Origin: Macrostomum lignano
Lineage: Eukaryota
DNA: 64,000 nt
Direction: 5' to 3'
Assembly (NCBI GenBank): GCA_002269645.1
Contig: NIVC01001205.1
Span: 62,001-126,000, forward strand
The notes under the pieces are model-generated. The model saw nothing but the letters and a program-made list of their open reading frames with translations. It was not told the DNA's origin and searched no databases. Position numbers and translations under genes: made by a program. The stretch's first letter is position 1, and each line of letters starts with the position of its first letter. Below are positions 23,574 to 36,643 of this stretch, in pieces.

Positions 23574-24399
23574 AAGTCTTGCGGCTAGGGTTGACCTGTA
23601 ACCTATCAGGTTCCCTTTACAATCGCTCTGGACGGTTTAGCATCGCTAGATCGACGTCCCTAGTCCTACTTGCCTGCCTATCTACAGTTGAAATTCCTCC
23701 TAGTTGTTACTCAGGTGCAATGGAGGATGAGAGCGCGGGATCAGGAGATTCACGCGGGCTTAGGCTGCGTGACGGAAACTGCGCAACCTCAATGGGCGCA
23801 AAATCTCCAATCCTCATTTCAGCTCCTTGTTCGACAACTTCAGCGCATAGAAAACTACGAGCGTAGAGTAGAAGGACGCTACACTCGCGAATCGTGTAAA
23901 ATTGGCTGGAGGCCAAAATTCTAAAGTCAATATCTCTTGATTGGCTGCATGAAAACTAAAAATTCTTTCACTGTGTTGCTCAGAAATTTGTTGTCTCGAG
24001 TAAAAACGATTAATGCTCATCTTTGCTATTAATCGGCACTAAACATGTTTAAAAACTACGAGTATAATCAGTCAGAAAATAACGCAGTCGAAAGTCAAAA
24101 CAGACCCACACAAGCCACAGCTCTTCTAGTAGATTCTTTTCTCTTGTGCCATCAGTAAAATATCTGATGCATAATCAGCTTATAAAGGCCGTATGAAAAC
24201 AAGCGCAAATGTTTATATTATGTAGGCTTTAATATAGATGTAAAGGCGAAAGTTTTCGGCTATATCAAAGAGTTTGAATCAATTGAGATAAATATAACAA
24301 TACTGTACATGAATTTTAGCAAAACTATATCAACAATGAAACAAACAATACTATAATTAAATACTATACTAAAGCAATAAGGCAATAAGGATGATCTTG

Positions 24400-25110
24400 T
24401 GTAAAGTTTTCTATAGCTTTTGATCGAAAGACGATAATTTTTCGCAATGTAAGGGCTGTTTTGGCCAAAAGTGGTACAAAAGGACCAGTAAAAAACTGTA
24501 GGTGGCACTTAATGGGAACAGTTGGGACACTTTCTTTTGCAATGCTAGGAAACTTTTGTGATGCAGTGGGGATAATTGTGAATACTGAGGGTACAGTAGG
24601 GCTCCAGATAGCTATACCACGTAGGGACGGTAGGGACTGAAGGAGGCATTATTCATTACTCAGCGTAAGAGCATATTAAATCTGCTGCATTCTAATAAAT
24701 TCTTCACATTGCCCCAACCACTTCGATGTCCATGCAGGTTCACCACTAGCCAACTTGTCAAATAGTAGTACTTTCCAGTCACCAATTCTATCAATGTCAT
24801 TGAATTCAGGAAGCTCATCTGCTAACTGACATAATTTTAATGAAGTGAGATTTCGTTTTTCCACATTCCTTGACGACACTGAAATGAAATGTTTGATGAA
24901 ACGTGTAAATAAAAAAAGAAATATGTGACTAAACTATCACAAATTCTTGAAATTTACCTTTCAATGTCTGCTGAAGGGAACTTGGTAGACACAAAAATAA
25001 ATGGTATGTCAAGTGGTCAGAACCAGTTGTTTGCTTTAATAAGTGGTGCACAATCTGGCCAATGCTTTGAGCAAATGCCCATATGCCTAGGCCTAGTGAC
25101 AGTCTGAAAA
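24400..25110 (-). pseudogene. Spliced remnant, possibly THAP-domain/DNA-transposon derived
   Basis: An exon bounded by TTTTCAG and AG|GTAAA reads ICSKHWP (THAP-like CxxH). A second exon is at 24676..24890. Confidence 0.25.
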
Positions 25111-25909
25111 GTACAATAAAAATGAATATTAGTTTTATTACTCAGTTTCATTCTGAAAGACAAAATGAATAAGATACTAGTAAGTCTGTTGTTAGTTCTT
25201 TACATTGAAATAGAAAAAAAGAAATATAGGGCCTATTAATAACATTAACATATACACATACCTAAGACAAAACAAAAAATGACCTATAGTAGGCAGATAA
25301 GTTATATTATTTTTAAGTAGCAAATAGCAAAACAATCAATGACAATTAGCCTTTACGACTTTAAGTAGTATATAAATATGGTATTATCATTCATCAGTTA
25401 CAATTTTAAGTAAATCAAACTTAAAGGTAATGATTGTGTTGGGATGTCTGACCTCTGAGTTGACGGCTTCCGCGTTTATTAAAAGGTAAGTTGTCAATGC
25501 TTTATTCATAAAGGTGTTACAAAAATAAGAAAATAATATAACTGGCGGAAAAAAGAACCATTGTTTTGGCGTTAATGATGCGTGGCAAGCATGCAGAAGT
25601 CATATGTACGTATTTAATGAGTTAAAAGTTAGCACCTATACAATGAAGAAATAGCACATTGATCCTAAAATGCTGAAGTCACAAAATTAGATCTAATTAC
25701 CAGCGCAAGGTAATCCTATTTAGGAGGATGGAGGAAATGCTTGGTGAATTAATAAGAATCATAAAATTGCTGGGATCGAGTTAGTTGGCTAAAATGCTGA
25801 ATTGAGGCCCAATTGGCCTGTACAAGAACCTGATTGATAATAAAATTCAATTGCGGATTCGGGCTTAAGCGATTCATTAACACAAAAAAACGTTTCGATG
25901 ATTGTTCTT

Positions 25910-26530
25910 TCACTCTCGCAGAACGGCTTTCAGCGGCGGAGTTAGGTCTAGATGCCCGAGTTCGGCCGCGAGTCTACGGGCTACTAGCTCAGCCGCGTGC
26001 CGACTAAATGAGGCTCCTCTGAGCAGCTGGGCGGCAATACTGGCCGCTGCCAGTTGAACAGCTGCTGCCCAGCTGCGCCACGAAAGCGACCTGCTAGGCG
26101 GCCACGGCGACGGGCCGGCGGACCGGCTTCGGGGCTCGCCGCGGCGCGACAGAGCGTCTGCGCCTCCTTGAACTGGGTGCCTCTGAGGGCCAGCTCCAAC
26201 CTGCGATGGGCGCTCCGGCGGGGCGGCACCGGAATTGGTTGGGCGCAAACCTTTAGGTTGCGGCGCCGTAACGGTTTCTACCTCTACCGGTCTCAGGCGA
26301 TTAAGACGTGGGGGAGCGGCTTCGTCGTTAAGGGTGAGTCAGGAGCCCTTAGCTCCAATTCTTCATTCATGAATGACATGAAGGGGACTCCGCTGTTTGG
26401 CGGAGCGACGACTGAACTTCGGAGCTGAAGCTCGCCCTGACTTCTCAGTTGATTCACTCTCTGGGCGAAGAGGTACCGCTCGCCGGCCTTTTAGGTTTGG
26501 TCGAAATCCTGCCAGCGGCTTGCATCTCTT
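25910..26530 (-). pseudogene. Degenerate paralog of the 22608..23573 extra ORF (element C)
   Basis: AAELVARRLAAELGHLDLTPPLKAVL vs AAELVARRYAAELGHMDLPPPQKAVL; ELRAPDSP..NRLRP vs ELQAPESP..NRLRP. Confidence 0.7.
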
Positions 26531-26702
26531 CATCAGACATAGTTGTCGCTGCAAAGCAATCAAGCAATCAAAGCAATCATAGTGTGCCCAATCTTTGTGC
26601 TTTGTCTCTAACAGACAAGTCAGCACAGACTTAATATTCCGATTCAGGTTTTAACCAGTCCATTAGATGCAGGGTTATATGGACAAGTTACTGTGTGTCT
26701 TA

Positions 26703-27478
26703 TCTCTACCTATAAAAATCAAAACTCTGTGTGTCTGTGTGTGTGTGTGTCTGTCTGTGTGTGGACAATTTTGATCGCTATGGACTCCCAAACCGCTCAA
26801 CCAAATGACACCAAATTTTACACCCACCCTAAACTCACTACGGAGAATGTCTTAGGCTACCTTTAAATTTCCTAAATTTGAGTCTTCCTACCTAAAAGTG
26901 CAAAAAACTGCTCAAAATGCGCGATTTTTTTACTAAAGCCTCCTTAGCGCCGCTCCACTTCTACCGGTCCTCTTCAAATTTGACACAATCAATTTTCAAC
27001 TATTTTGACACAATCGTGTAAAATTTGAAATCTCAAAGTTAATCCTGAAAGCCGCTGTGCACTTTTAAAGTTAGGCTGTTTTTTTCAGCGAGGCAGCCAC
27101 CCCAACCTCCGCCCGCCTGCCTCTCTTTCCCGATCCCGATCTGGGCCCAGATGTGTAAAAGGGTTTCAAAATTGACTAACTTTCAGCTGCCATAAGTTTT
27201 CTCCACGTAAAGCGATTGATTTTAAACTTTACAAAATTCTTCATTGACTTATTCTCTGTCTAAATGTAAAGTTTCAACTTTGTAACTCAACCGAAAAAGA
27301 AACTGTAAGCATGTGAAGTTTGTCTGCTTTTTCTGTTGTTTGTGCCACTCACTCAATTCCCCAGCCCAGACGAAGGGTCAGGCGATAGGGCTCAATGTAC
27401 ATAGCGAATGTACAGTGTTTTGGAATAACTTTTCAATAGCCTTCTCCGCACCCCGCGCGTGGAGAGGCTACGTTTAGC
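26703..27478 (+). mobile_element. Non-autonomous Helitron-like element with (GT)n tract
   Basis: A|TCTCTACCTATAAAAATC start, then a TGTG microsatellite and 'aaaccgctcaaccaaatgacaccaaatttt', a typical non-autonomous Helitron 5' layout. GC hairpin at 27438-27470. The 3' end is not certain. Confidence 0.5.
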
Positions 27479-27929
27479 CATGAAAGTTTAGCGAGAGATT
27501 CAAACCAGTGTCCTCTGTATAGACAAGTCTGCAGCAGTTTAACAGTAGATGGCAAACAGGCAAATCAAGGCGATGCGGGATGGTTTGTAAAAATAGCGAA
27601 AAATTAATTAATAACTTATTACAATGCAATCCTACTAAATTAGTTACACCATGAAGCTTTTAACATTAAGTTTCGCATAGGGTAACTTTAAAATTTAAAT
27701 GACTCCTAAGAAATGCGTATTTCCTTGGTTGTTAGACTGCTGCAGAGTGCAGACTGTGGTGGTAGAGCTGGAGATACACAAATTCCTCTCAGGGCTGCTA
27801 ATTGGCCAGAAAGGTGACGTGATTAAAGCATGAGAATTGATAACCATGATAGTACTACGTACCACAAACTGGCTTTCGAAGCAGGGATCGGTAGATTTTT
27901 AACTCAAAGGCCAGATAAAGAATCCAACT

Positions 27930-29460
27930 CATGGCTGCGGGCCAGATGAGAGTGAAAAAGAAAATGAATAGAGTCAATAGACTATTAGAAAGAGAGGAAG
28001 GGCCAGAGGGGGGTAAGAGAAAAGATATAAGATAAAAGGAGAGACGAGTGGGGTGAGGACGAGTAGAGAGCAGAGAATATGGGAGGAGGAAAAGGGAGAG
28101 GAGGGGAGACAGGAGGGAGAGGAAAGAGTAGAGGAGAGAAGAGGAAGAGAGAAGAGGGGAGAGATGAGACAGATGATCGATGAGAGAGGAGAGTAGAGAA
28201 GAGTGAGAAGAGAGTAGAAAACAGAGAGGAGATAGGAGGAGAGAGAGAGGTAGAAAGGAGTGAGAAGAAAGGAGATAATAGATGAGAGAGAGAGAGATAG
28301 AGAGAGAGAGAGTTGAGAAAGAAGAGAGGAGAAAGGAGAGATGATAGAGTAAAGGGAAGAAGAGAAGAGAGGAAAGAGATGAGATTGTGGAGATGAGAGA
28401 GATGAAAGGAAAGATGAGAGAGTAGAGATGAGAGATGAAGGAAGAGAGAGCTGAGTGCAAATAGACAAGAGAAGAGAATAGAGGGGAGAGAGTATAGAAG
28501 AAGGAAGAGAAGAGGATTCAGTAGAGGGGAAAGAGAAGAGTACACAGGAGAGTGGAGAGTAAAGATGACAGAAGAGAGAGGGGGTAGAGAGCAAAGATGA
28601 GAGTGAACGCGATATATGAGAGGAGAGAGGAGAGTGGAGAGAGAAGAGAGAATACAAGAGACGGAGAGAATAGAAGAGGGAAGAGAAGAGAAGGGAAAAA
28701 GGAGAAAGGAAAGAGAGGAGTCAAAAGAGGGGAAAGAGAAGAGTACAGATGAGAGAGTTGAGAAAACATACGAGTATAAGAGAGTAAAGATGGCAGATGA
28801 GAGAGGGGAGATGAAAGACCAGAGACGAGAGTGAAAAGACGAGAGAGAGAGGGGAGATGAGAGACCAGAGATGAGAGTAAACAGACGAGAGATAGGAGAG
28901 TGGAGAGAAAAAGGATAGAAATAAGAGATGAGAGGTGAGACAAAGGGAAAGAGAAGTGAGTGAGGAGAGAGGAGGGGAGGGGAGAGAACCGAGAGGACAG
29001 GGGAAAGAGGAGAAAGGGCGAGAGAGGAGAGGAAACAGGGGAGAGATTAGAGGAGAAAAAGAGATGGGACAGGAGAGAGCAGAGAGATGAGAGGAGAATA
29101 GAGGGAGAGAGAGAGAGGAGAGAGAGAGGGAAAGAGAGAGGAGAGAACAAGCAGAAAGAATGAGAAGAGAGAAGAAAGAAAAGATAAAAGAAGAGAAAGA
29201 ATAGATAGATAAGAGAGCAAAGACGAGAGAAAAGAGAGGTGAGGGAAGAGATGATAGAAGAGAGGAGAGAGGAGAGAGGAAAGAAGAGAAGAGATGAGAG
29301 GGAAGAGATGAGAGAGTAGAGAGGAGGGAGGAGAGGAGGGATAAAAGAATAGAAGGGAGAGGGAATAGACGAGAGAATAGGGGATAGAGGAAAAAGAGAG
29401 AGAAGAGACAGAGACGAGAGAGAGGAGAGGAAGCAGAAGAGAAGATCGAAGTTTCTAAGG
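27930..29460. repeat. ~1.5-kb purine-rich (GA/AG) low-complexity tract
   Basis: Near-pure A/G on the + strand; source of the spurious S/L/F-rich ORFs. Confidence 0.95.
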
Positions 29461-29769
29461 ATTCTAGGGACATAAGGAGAGGCAGAGGCCAGAGTTTCCT
29501 GTTCGCAGCACCCAGCCAGCAATATAAATGTTTGCCTCAAATCCTAATTATTCACGAATGTACTCCATTTTATGTTTAATTCTAACCTAACTATTAACAA
29601 GTTTTTGTTTGAGTTTGACCTCAGATTTTAGAATACGAGTACATGCAAAATAGTTCCAGGGATTGAAATTCCCCGGGTTCAATATCCGCGGGTTTCAACA
29701 GCTTGTCCCATATTGTCCCAATTGTCCCAATTTGCAAAAATTATTAAAGGCGGCGCCCGTGAAATTATT

Positions 29770-30400
29770 TCATTGATCAGATTGGAACTGGGCTGGCACA
29801 CCGTAAATTGGAATGAACTGTCCCTGAATCACCTTAATAATTGTCTTGGCCTTCCGATTTCTCAAAGCATGGGCCCACGGATACTTCGACGTCGCGTCAC
29901 TCAAGGTTAGGACATATCTATGGCCTGCAGCACTAGGCTGATTGATTGGGCTGTTGATATCCAAGTGTACGCGGTGTAAAACATCTCCGACCGGGAATTT
30001 CTGAGGCGGCAAGTGCACTTTGCGCCTAGCTTTGCTCTCTAAGCAAACTCTGCACTTGGCGATATAACGATTGACCACAGTGTGAATTCCGGGTCTCCAG
30101 AATAACTGCTGGACTCTCTGCAGAGTCTTTTTCTGGCCCAAATGGCCGCTTAGCGGGGAGTCATGCAGCGCGCGCATTACTGCAGCGTCTAACTCCTTTG
30201 GCAAGACAAATCTAATGGGTCGATTATCATCGAAATCTATCATTAGAATGCCATCATCATCTAAGCATAGGGTCTCATAGAACCGAGCCGGTTTCTCATT
30301 TCCTTGCTCATGCTTAGTCTCTTGTCAAAAGACGGTTTGGGCGCACTCTGCGCCTTCAACTCAGCGATTTTCGCGAGTACAGGGTCTCTCTTCTGCGCTT
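29770..30400 (-). mobile_element. Gypsy integrase fragment (HHCC zinc finger plus first half of core)
   Basis: LHDSPLSGHLGQKKT..CRVC..VHLDINSP..DATSKY..FQSDQ, truncated after the second Asp. Confidence 0.85.
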
Positions 30401-30599
30401 CAAGCAGCTCCTAGTAGTATACCTTTTTTGACGCATGGCCGATTTCCTTATGGCGAAATACATAGTAAGTACAGGCCAAAGAAATGGCAGAGTCCGAAAT
30501 TTCATGTGCACGCAGTCTAAAATTCCATGTGCGCGCAAAATATCTTTTACGCAACGTGATCATTCAGACGAATTGTAAATGCACCTGTCCAAAATACAA

Positions 30600-33380
30600 G
30601 TAAAAGATTCTAGCAATGGTGACACAAACACACTTCAAAGGATACCATTCAAGTCAAATTTACTCCAAAGCTATTCACACATCAAGTGTTAATGTGGAAT
30701 TGAAAACTTGCGAATATTATCACCCTTTTGAAGAAAGATAATAAAATGATCTATTCTTGAGTACCTAAAGTATTTTTGCACCAACTTAAGCAGATGGTTT
30801 ACAGATACTATACCAATAGCCACCTTAACATGCTTCTTTATACTATATATACGAACGCACGGATACAGAAAATACGCAATAACTCAGACCAAGTCTACAT
30901 TACACCACTTGTTCGACTATAGCTACTTGCATCTTAAGTCGAATGAAGCGATCACGTCAGCAGGAATTAACCGAGCGCTATGTTAAAGAAGGTAAGATAA
31001 TCATCTACTCTAATTCAGTTTCTTTTTAAGATTGACTGTCTGCTAGTTTAATTTCTAAATTGATTGTTAGTTCGGTTCATGTTTAGATCGATCCTCTGCT
31101 AGTTCAGTGTAGATTGATTCTCTGCTAGTTCAGTTTCTAGATTGATTGTCTGCTAGTTCGGTTTCTGTTTAGATTATATGTCTGCTAGTTCAGTTTAATA
31201 TATGTACCAAATTTTACCTCACCTTATCCATTACTACAGCATTCAAGATTGGTGTCATCACGCGACCACCTCCAGATCTGTGTAAACGCATTTGTCACGA
31301 GGCCACCACATCCAATTTTACTGCAAGAGCATCATATTCTACATCCCTTGCCAAAGTAACCTCGATTCATATCGAGAGACAGGCAACTGAGCTAGATCGC
31401 ATTTAAACAAGAACTAATGTTAATCAGTGAATTAGGCAGCAATCGAACCCGCGACCAACTAACCAACTGCAGTATGCACCACCACCATCACCAACCAGCT
31501 ACAATTACCCAACAAAGCAAGCTCGCAGTAGGTCTACAAATACCAAGTCAACGGGATAGCGACGTTTGCCTGCGGGACGTTTGCCAGCCGACGTTTGCCT
31601 GCGGGACGTTTGCCAGCCGACATTTGCCAGCCGACGTTTGCCAGCCGACGTTTGCCAGTGGGACGTTTGCCAGCCGAAGTTTGCCTGCCGGACGTTTGCC
31701 AGCCGACATTTGCCAGCCGACGTTTGCCAGCCGACGTTTGCCAGCGGGACGTTTGCCAGCCGAAGTTTGCCTGCCGGACGTTTGCCTGCGGGACGTTTGC
31801 CAGCCGTCGTTTGCCAGCCGACGTTTGCCTGCCGAAAGTTTGCCAGCCAAAATTTGCTAGCCAATATAAAGCCAGTCAGTGAAAAATTTGATACTGAAAT
31901 ATTCGCAGTTTAGCGGTTTGACAAAAACCGTTTTTACTCCAACTTTTTGACGGTTATTCGCATGTATACAAGTTTGAAAGCAAAATAAATAAATTATGCA
32001 GTTCATCAGTCTAATGTCTAATATCTAGTTTAACAACGATTTTGGCACGACATATCAAAAGATGAACATTGGGTTTGCCTCGTATGAAAGCAATAACAAT
32101 TGTTGTGCTGAAAAGATGAAAAATTCCTATCTCCCTATGGCCTTCAAAACATTTTTCATAGATTTCGAGTGCTGCGTACTTCTACTTTAGTAGTCCTTGG
32201 CGTGACTAAGCTTTGCATACGTAGTGTCTAGCGCTTGCTATCCTACTAGCTTGCTACTGGCGGCTTGTCTGGCTATTCAGCTATATAGCTTACTGTAAAA
32301 ACGTACCGCATTCGATTCGTCTACACATGTACGTTGAGATCGCGGTTTCCTGGCTTACTTGAGTAGTAATACAACAGAATTGGAATCAATTTGCTTACTT
32401 TTGGATCTCCTAATGAACTGAGAAATATATGAGCCAGAATTACCGCTCAGCAGCTCTTTTTGTTTGCCTCATAACTTAATCGCTGGAGATTACCGTTGTA
32501 ATCTGCGCGTCTTCTTTCGCACATCAAAAATGAAACATCTCAAACTGGGAAAAACGATACACAATTGTCAAAAGTAAACAATATTTTCACATTCAAAGAA
32601 AATCGTTGTTAAACCGGACATTAGATGTAAATCTATATAAATTGCATAATTTATATATTTTGCTTTCAAACTTGTATATATGCGAATAACCGTCAAAAAG
32701 TTGGAGTAAAAACGGTTCTTGTCAAACCGCTAAACTGCGAATGTTTCAGTATCAAATTTTTCACTGACTGGCTTTATATTGGCTAGCAAATTTTGGCTGG
32801 CAAACTTCCGGCAGGCAAACGTCGGCTGGCAAACGTCGGCTGGCAAACGTCCGGCAGGCAAACGTCCGACTGGCAAACGTCCCGCTGGCAAACGTCGGCT
32901 GGCAAATGTCGGCTGGCAAACGTCGGCTTGCAAACGTCGGCTGGCAAACGTCCCGCAGGCAAACGTCCGGCAGGCAAACGTCGGCTGGCAAATATCGGCT
33001 GGCAAACGTCCCGCAGGCAAACGTCGGCTGGCAAACGTCCCGCAGGCAAACGTCGTAGACCCCAAGTCAACGACAGCAACTGAAAAACCGTCATCTTCAG
33101 TTGCTATTTCTACCCAAATTCGACAGCTATTAAACTCGCCAATTATGGCACAGAAGGACGTCAAGTCTGTAAAAGTCTCTTAAACGAGCACAGGCTTCTA
33201 CCAAGTAGAACTAACAAAAACCTGTAATACAACTGAACTATTTGAGTCTTGGGACCTATCTTAAAAAAAGACATTTTTTCTAACTCTTCGTCAAATTTTG
33301 CTAGCAATATGTTCAAGTAATTGCTCTTTTTAGGATATACCAATCAAGTCTGTAATCAATCTCTATAAATTCATTATTTA
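30600..33380 (+). pseudogene. Degenerate spliced ORF interrupted by the foldback MITE
   Basis: Donor AAG|GTAAG at ~30992 and acceptor CTACAG at ~31239; the intron holds a ~30-bp tandem repeat. The frame continues across the MITE once the TSD is removed (STNTKST/TATEKPSSS). Confidence 0.3.
31553..33062. mobile_element. MULE/foldback-like MITE with long TIRs built from a 14-bp repeat
   Basis: 9-bp TSD CAAGTCAAC (31544-31552 and 33063-33071), GGG...CCC termini, inverted GACGTTTGCCAGCC arrays followed by ~250 bp of unique inverted sequence. Confidence 0.85.
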
Positions 33381-34564
33381 AAAAAATTCAACTTTATTCA
33401 GCATTCATTGAAATAATTTAATTCAGTATAAAACAATATCTTGTACAGTCATTAATAAACAAAAATTATTAATCCATGCAAATAAACTTTTAATATGCCT
33501 AATTTTTTTTTTAAATGCTTCTTTAATTTTTTTTTACAAAATAAAAAAATGTAATAAATATACATATTTAGCAACAAAAATTATGTACAGTATTTAACTA
33601 CTGTTACACAAATAAAGAAAAGATGATACCGTAATACAAAAAATACTGAAACACAACACAAATGCAAGTAAAGATATAACCATAAAATGCTAGTTTATTT
33701 TTTTGCAAAAATATTAATGCACAACAACACTCAGGAAAACATACAAATATTAAAGCAAACAATTGTAATAATAGGAAACACACACATACCTGGTACACGC
33801 ATACACATACCCACGTGAAATATTTACAAAGTTCTAATCAAAATATACATTAGGCAAGAGTTAGTAAATAAAAAGCTAAATATTTTCAAAATGAATGTAC
33901 TAATCAAGTTTTTTTGTTTAAAAAATATGCTATTCGCTTTATGATACACTACATTTTTCTCCACGGGTTTAATATTTCTAATAGTCAAAGCTTTTTAACC
34001 ATTTTCTAGGTTTTATAAAAAATATATAAAAAGTTATACGTTAAATGCTTCTTATAATAAATGAAAAGTATTTTTATTACAGTTAATCAAAATACAGGAG
34101 ATAGGCAGCTTTGCAAAGTAATTAACTTTTTAAATCCATAATATAAGAAAATTAAAAGTAATAAAAAAGAAAAAAAAATGTTAGTTCAAATTGTCAAAAA
34201 AGTTAAAGTAATTAATTCGCAACCTGAGTTGCATCCGAATCAATAATAGATTCATTCAGACTGCTCATCATAGCCTGCTGCTGATTCCTTGCCAGATAAG
34301 AATTACCCACACGATCAAGTGGTGTAGACGTCGCTCTTTTAAATACTCGTGGATAGGACGGCTGTTCCTCTTTAACCCGGATTGATAAATTGCCACTACC
34401 ACTAGCTTAAGGGCTCATAGCTGAATTAGTACCACTAGCACTCGTCATTACTGTCTCCTCAGTTCTCTCAGTAGTAGGCGAACTAAAAGTAATTGAAACA
34501 GGTATAGTTAACTTTTAAAGTTATGTCATGATATTATTATTGTAGTTTTTTAATTAAGCCAAGA

Positions 34565-34810
34565 CTAAAAAAAGTAGTTATTTAACTTACGTGCTCTTCT
34601 TTCGGTAGCGCAAAGAATTGCAATTACAACAATGCCAATTAAGATGGCGAGGCAAATGATTGCAAATACAGCTAAAATAATTGTTTGACCTATACCAATT
34701 CTTTTAGTTTGTTCAACTAATTCCTTAATACTACCTACCAAACTCCTAATTGACTCCGCATAATTTTTCACCAATACTAGCACTTTATTACTTCTTAAAC
34801 ACCATGTTCT
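34565..34810 (-). CDS. Small transmembrane ORF, possibly a retroelement accessory protein
   Basis: IILAVFAIICLAILIGIVVIAILC hydrophobic helix. A PBS-like TTTACA-ATTGGTGTTCC lies upstream at ~35085-35105. Confidence 0.3.
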   Translation of the reverse strand, partial: RTWCLRSNKVLVLVKNYAESIRSLVGSIKELVEQTKRIGIGQTIILAVFAIICLAILIGIVVIAILCATERRARKLNNYFF

Positions 34811-36643
34811 TTAAAAAACGAAATTTAATAATCTAAACCTAAGCAAAGAAAATTCTTTCAATCTAAAAGGCACGTCTTAATAATAATATATCTAATAATC
34901 CAAATCTATCGAATTGACGTATAGAAATTCTTCGTTTAAAATGTATTTCTTTATACAAATATAACAAAAATCTTAAACAAATACTTTGTATTTTTAAAGT
35001 TAGAAAGATATAGATGTGTAAAAGGTGTCAAAAGTCGCCGGTTTTACGACGTCGTTAGTAAAATGTGCTTTACTACCCCCAACGCTGGAACACCAATTGT
35101 AAAAGATTCGAACTTCTAGCGACTTCACGGTGTTAATTATGAATTTAGCTACGAACTGACTATCGACGCTAAACTGGCTACTGCTGGCTAGTAGTCTACA
35201 GCGAACATAAAAACCTAGCAAGGAACTCAGACGGGCCTCTTGGCGCGAGTGACCTATAATTTCCTATGGGCCTCTTGGTTGCGGAAATAGAACTTCTCCT
35301 ATGGGCCTCTTGGTTACTAGCGTCTTTGTTCTCCGGTAGACTCTGACTCACTGGCACTTTAAGACTACTATGACTCAGCGTCTGACCTAGTCCAGACGGG
35401 TCTCTTGGTATCGAACTCTTAGCGAGCAGAGTGATTATTCCCTCTATTCCCTCTATTCCCTCTCCCATAAATGTGTATCGATCTCCCATGTGTAGTGTAT
35501 CAGTCTCCCAATCAGGGTTTACATGCCTTTCTCACTAATCTCACGTCTCTATCTCTGTTAGAATTCTTCCAGAAGCTCAGGAGAATTTTTTGTGGGGTAA
35601 TATACTAATCTCACCTAAGATTTTTCAGATCTCACAATCTAGTGCCAATCGGGTTTCCAGTACGTCCGGAAGGTATGAGACTAGGGTCAGATGGACTCAG
35701 CAGGTAAAACTAAAACTTTTAAGACAATGTCCACTTTTTTATTCTCCGCGGCCAACTTTTTTACAATAACCTCCAGAGCCCCCATTTTTAACAAAATTGA
35801 ATCACTAAGGATCGCAATGATGAACTACACACCCAGATTTTTTTAAACTTCGATTTTTGGCCTTTAAGACCGTGAGATTCATCGAAGACGACATTTCCGA
35901 GGTATGAGATAGGGGTCCAATCGACTCAGTGATAAACGACGCACATTATAGAGCAAAAAAGTTTTGAGATTTTTTGAGATTTTTTAAGATTTCTTTGAGA
36001 CTCTCATAAGACAGCATAATTTGGGGGTGAGACTGGGGTGCAGTCATCTCGTGGTTAACCACAGTAAGATTTAGAATAGATATTAAGTCAATATTGCGTC
36101 ATCCATTTAGGTGAGATTTTTTCTAACCCCATGAGACTCCAATAAGACAGCATAATTCTAGGGTGAGATTAAGTTGAATTCGTCTCGTGGTGACTTAAAT
36201 TACATAATGAAATAGTTTTCGAGCTACTAAAGCTTCATCTACGGCAGTGAGATTTTTTTCAAACCCTATGAGACTCCTAGAAGAAGGCATTATCTCGGGG
36301 TGAGACTAGGGTAAAATCGAGAGAAAACATCCAGAGCTCTTTTATCTATTTTATTGGTTTATTCAAAGTGTCTCGGGCAAAATTGCTTTCTGCAATCGAA
36401 TTTTCGTCCTCAATTTATTTGGTTTAATAGTCTAAAAGTCTCAGGGTACCTCCAGGCACTGTAATGGTGAAGGGTAAATTTAACTTTGCGGGAAAAGATA
36501 GTTTATCTTGCGTCGCACAGTCTCGAGACCATCATATTTCGATTCTACGCGTCGAAATTACTGAAAGAAGTGACATTTTTGTTCTGAAAATGTATGAAAA
36601 ATGTATAGTAATTTCTATTTACAAACTTTTATAATTTTTATAT

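Noticed and set aside
27855-29540. Long S/L/F-rich and E/R-rich ORFs
   Set aside because: Translation artefacts of the GA-rich low-complexity tract.
35500-36600. Discrete DNA transposon with GAGAT/TCTCA motifs
   Set aside because: Repeated short motifs are visible, but I could not define TIRs or a TSD.
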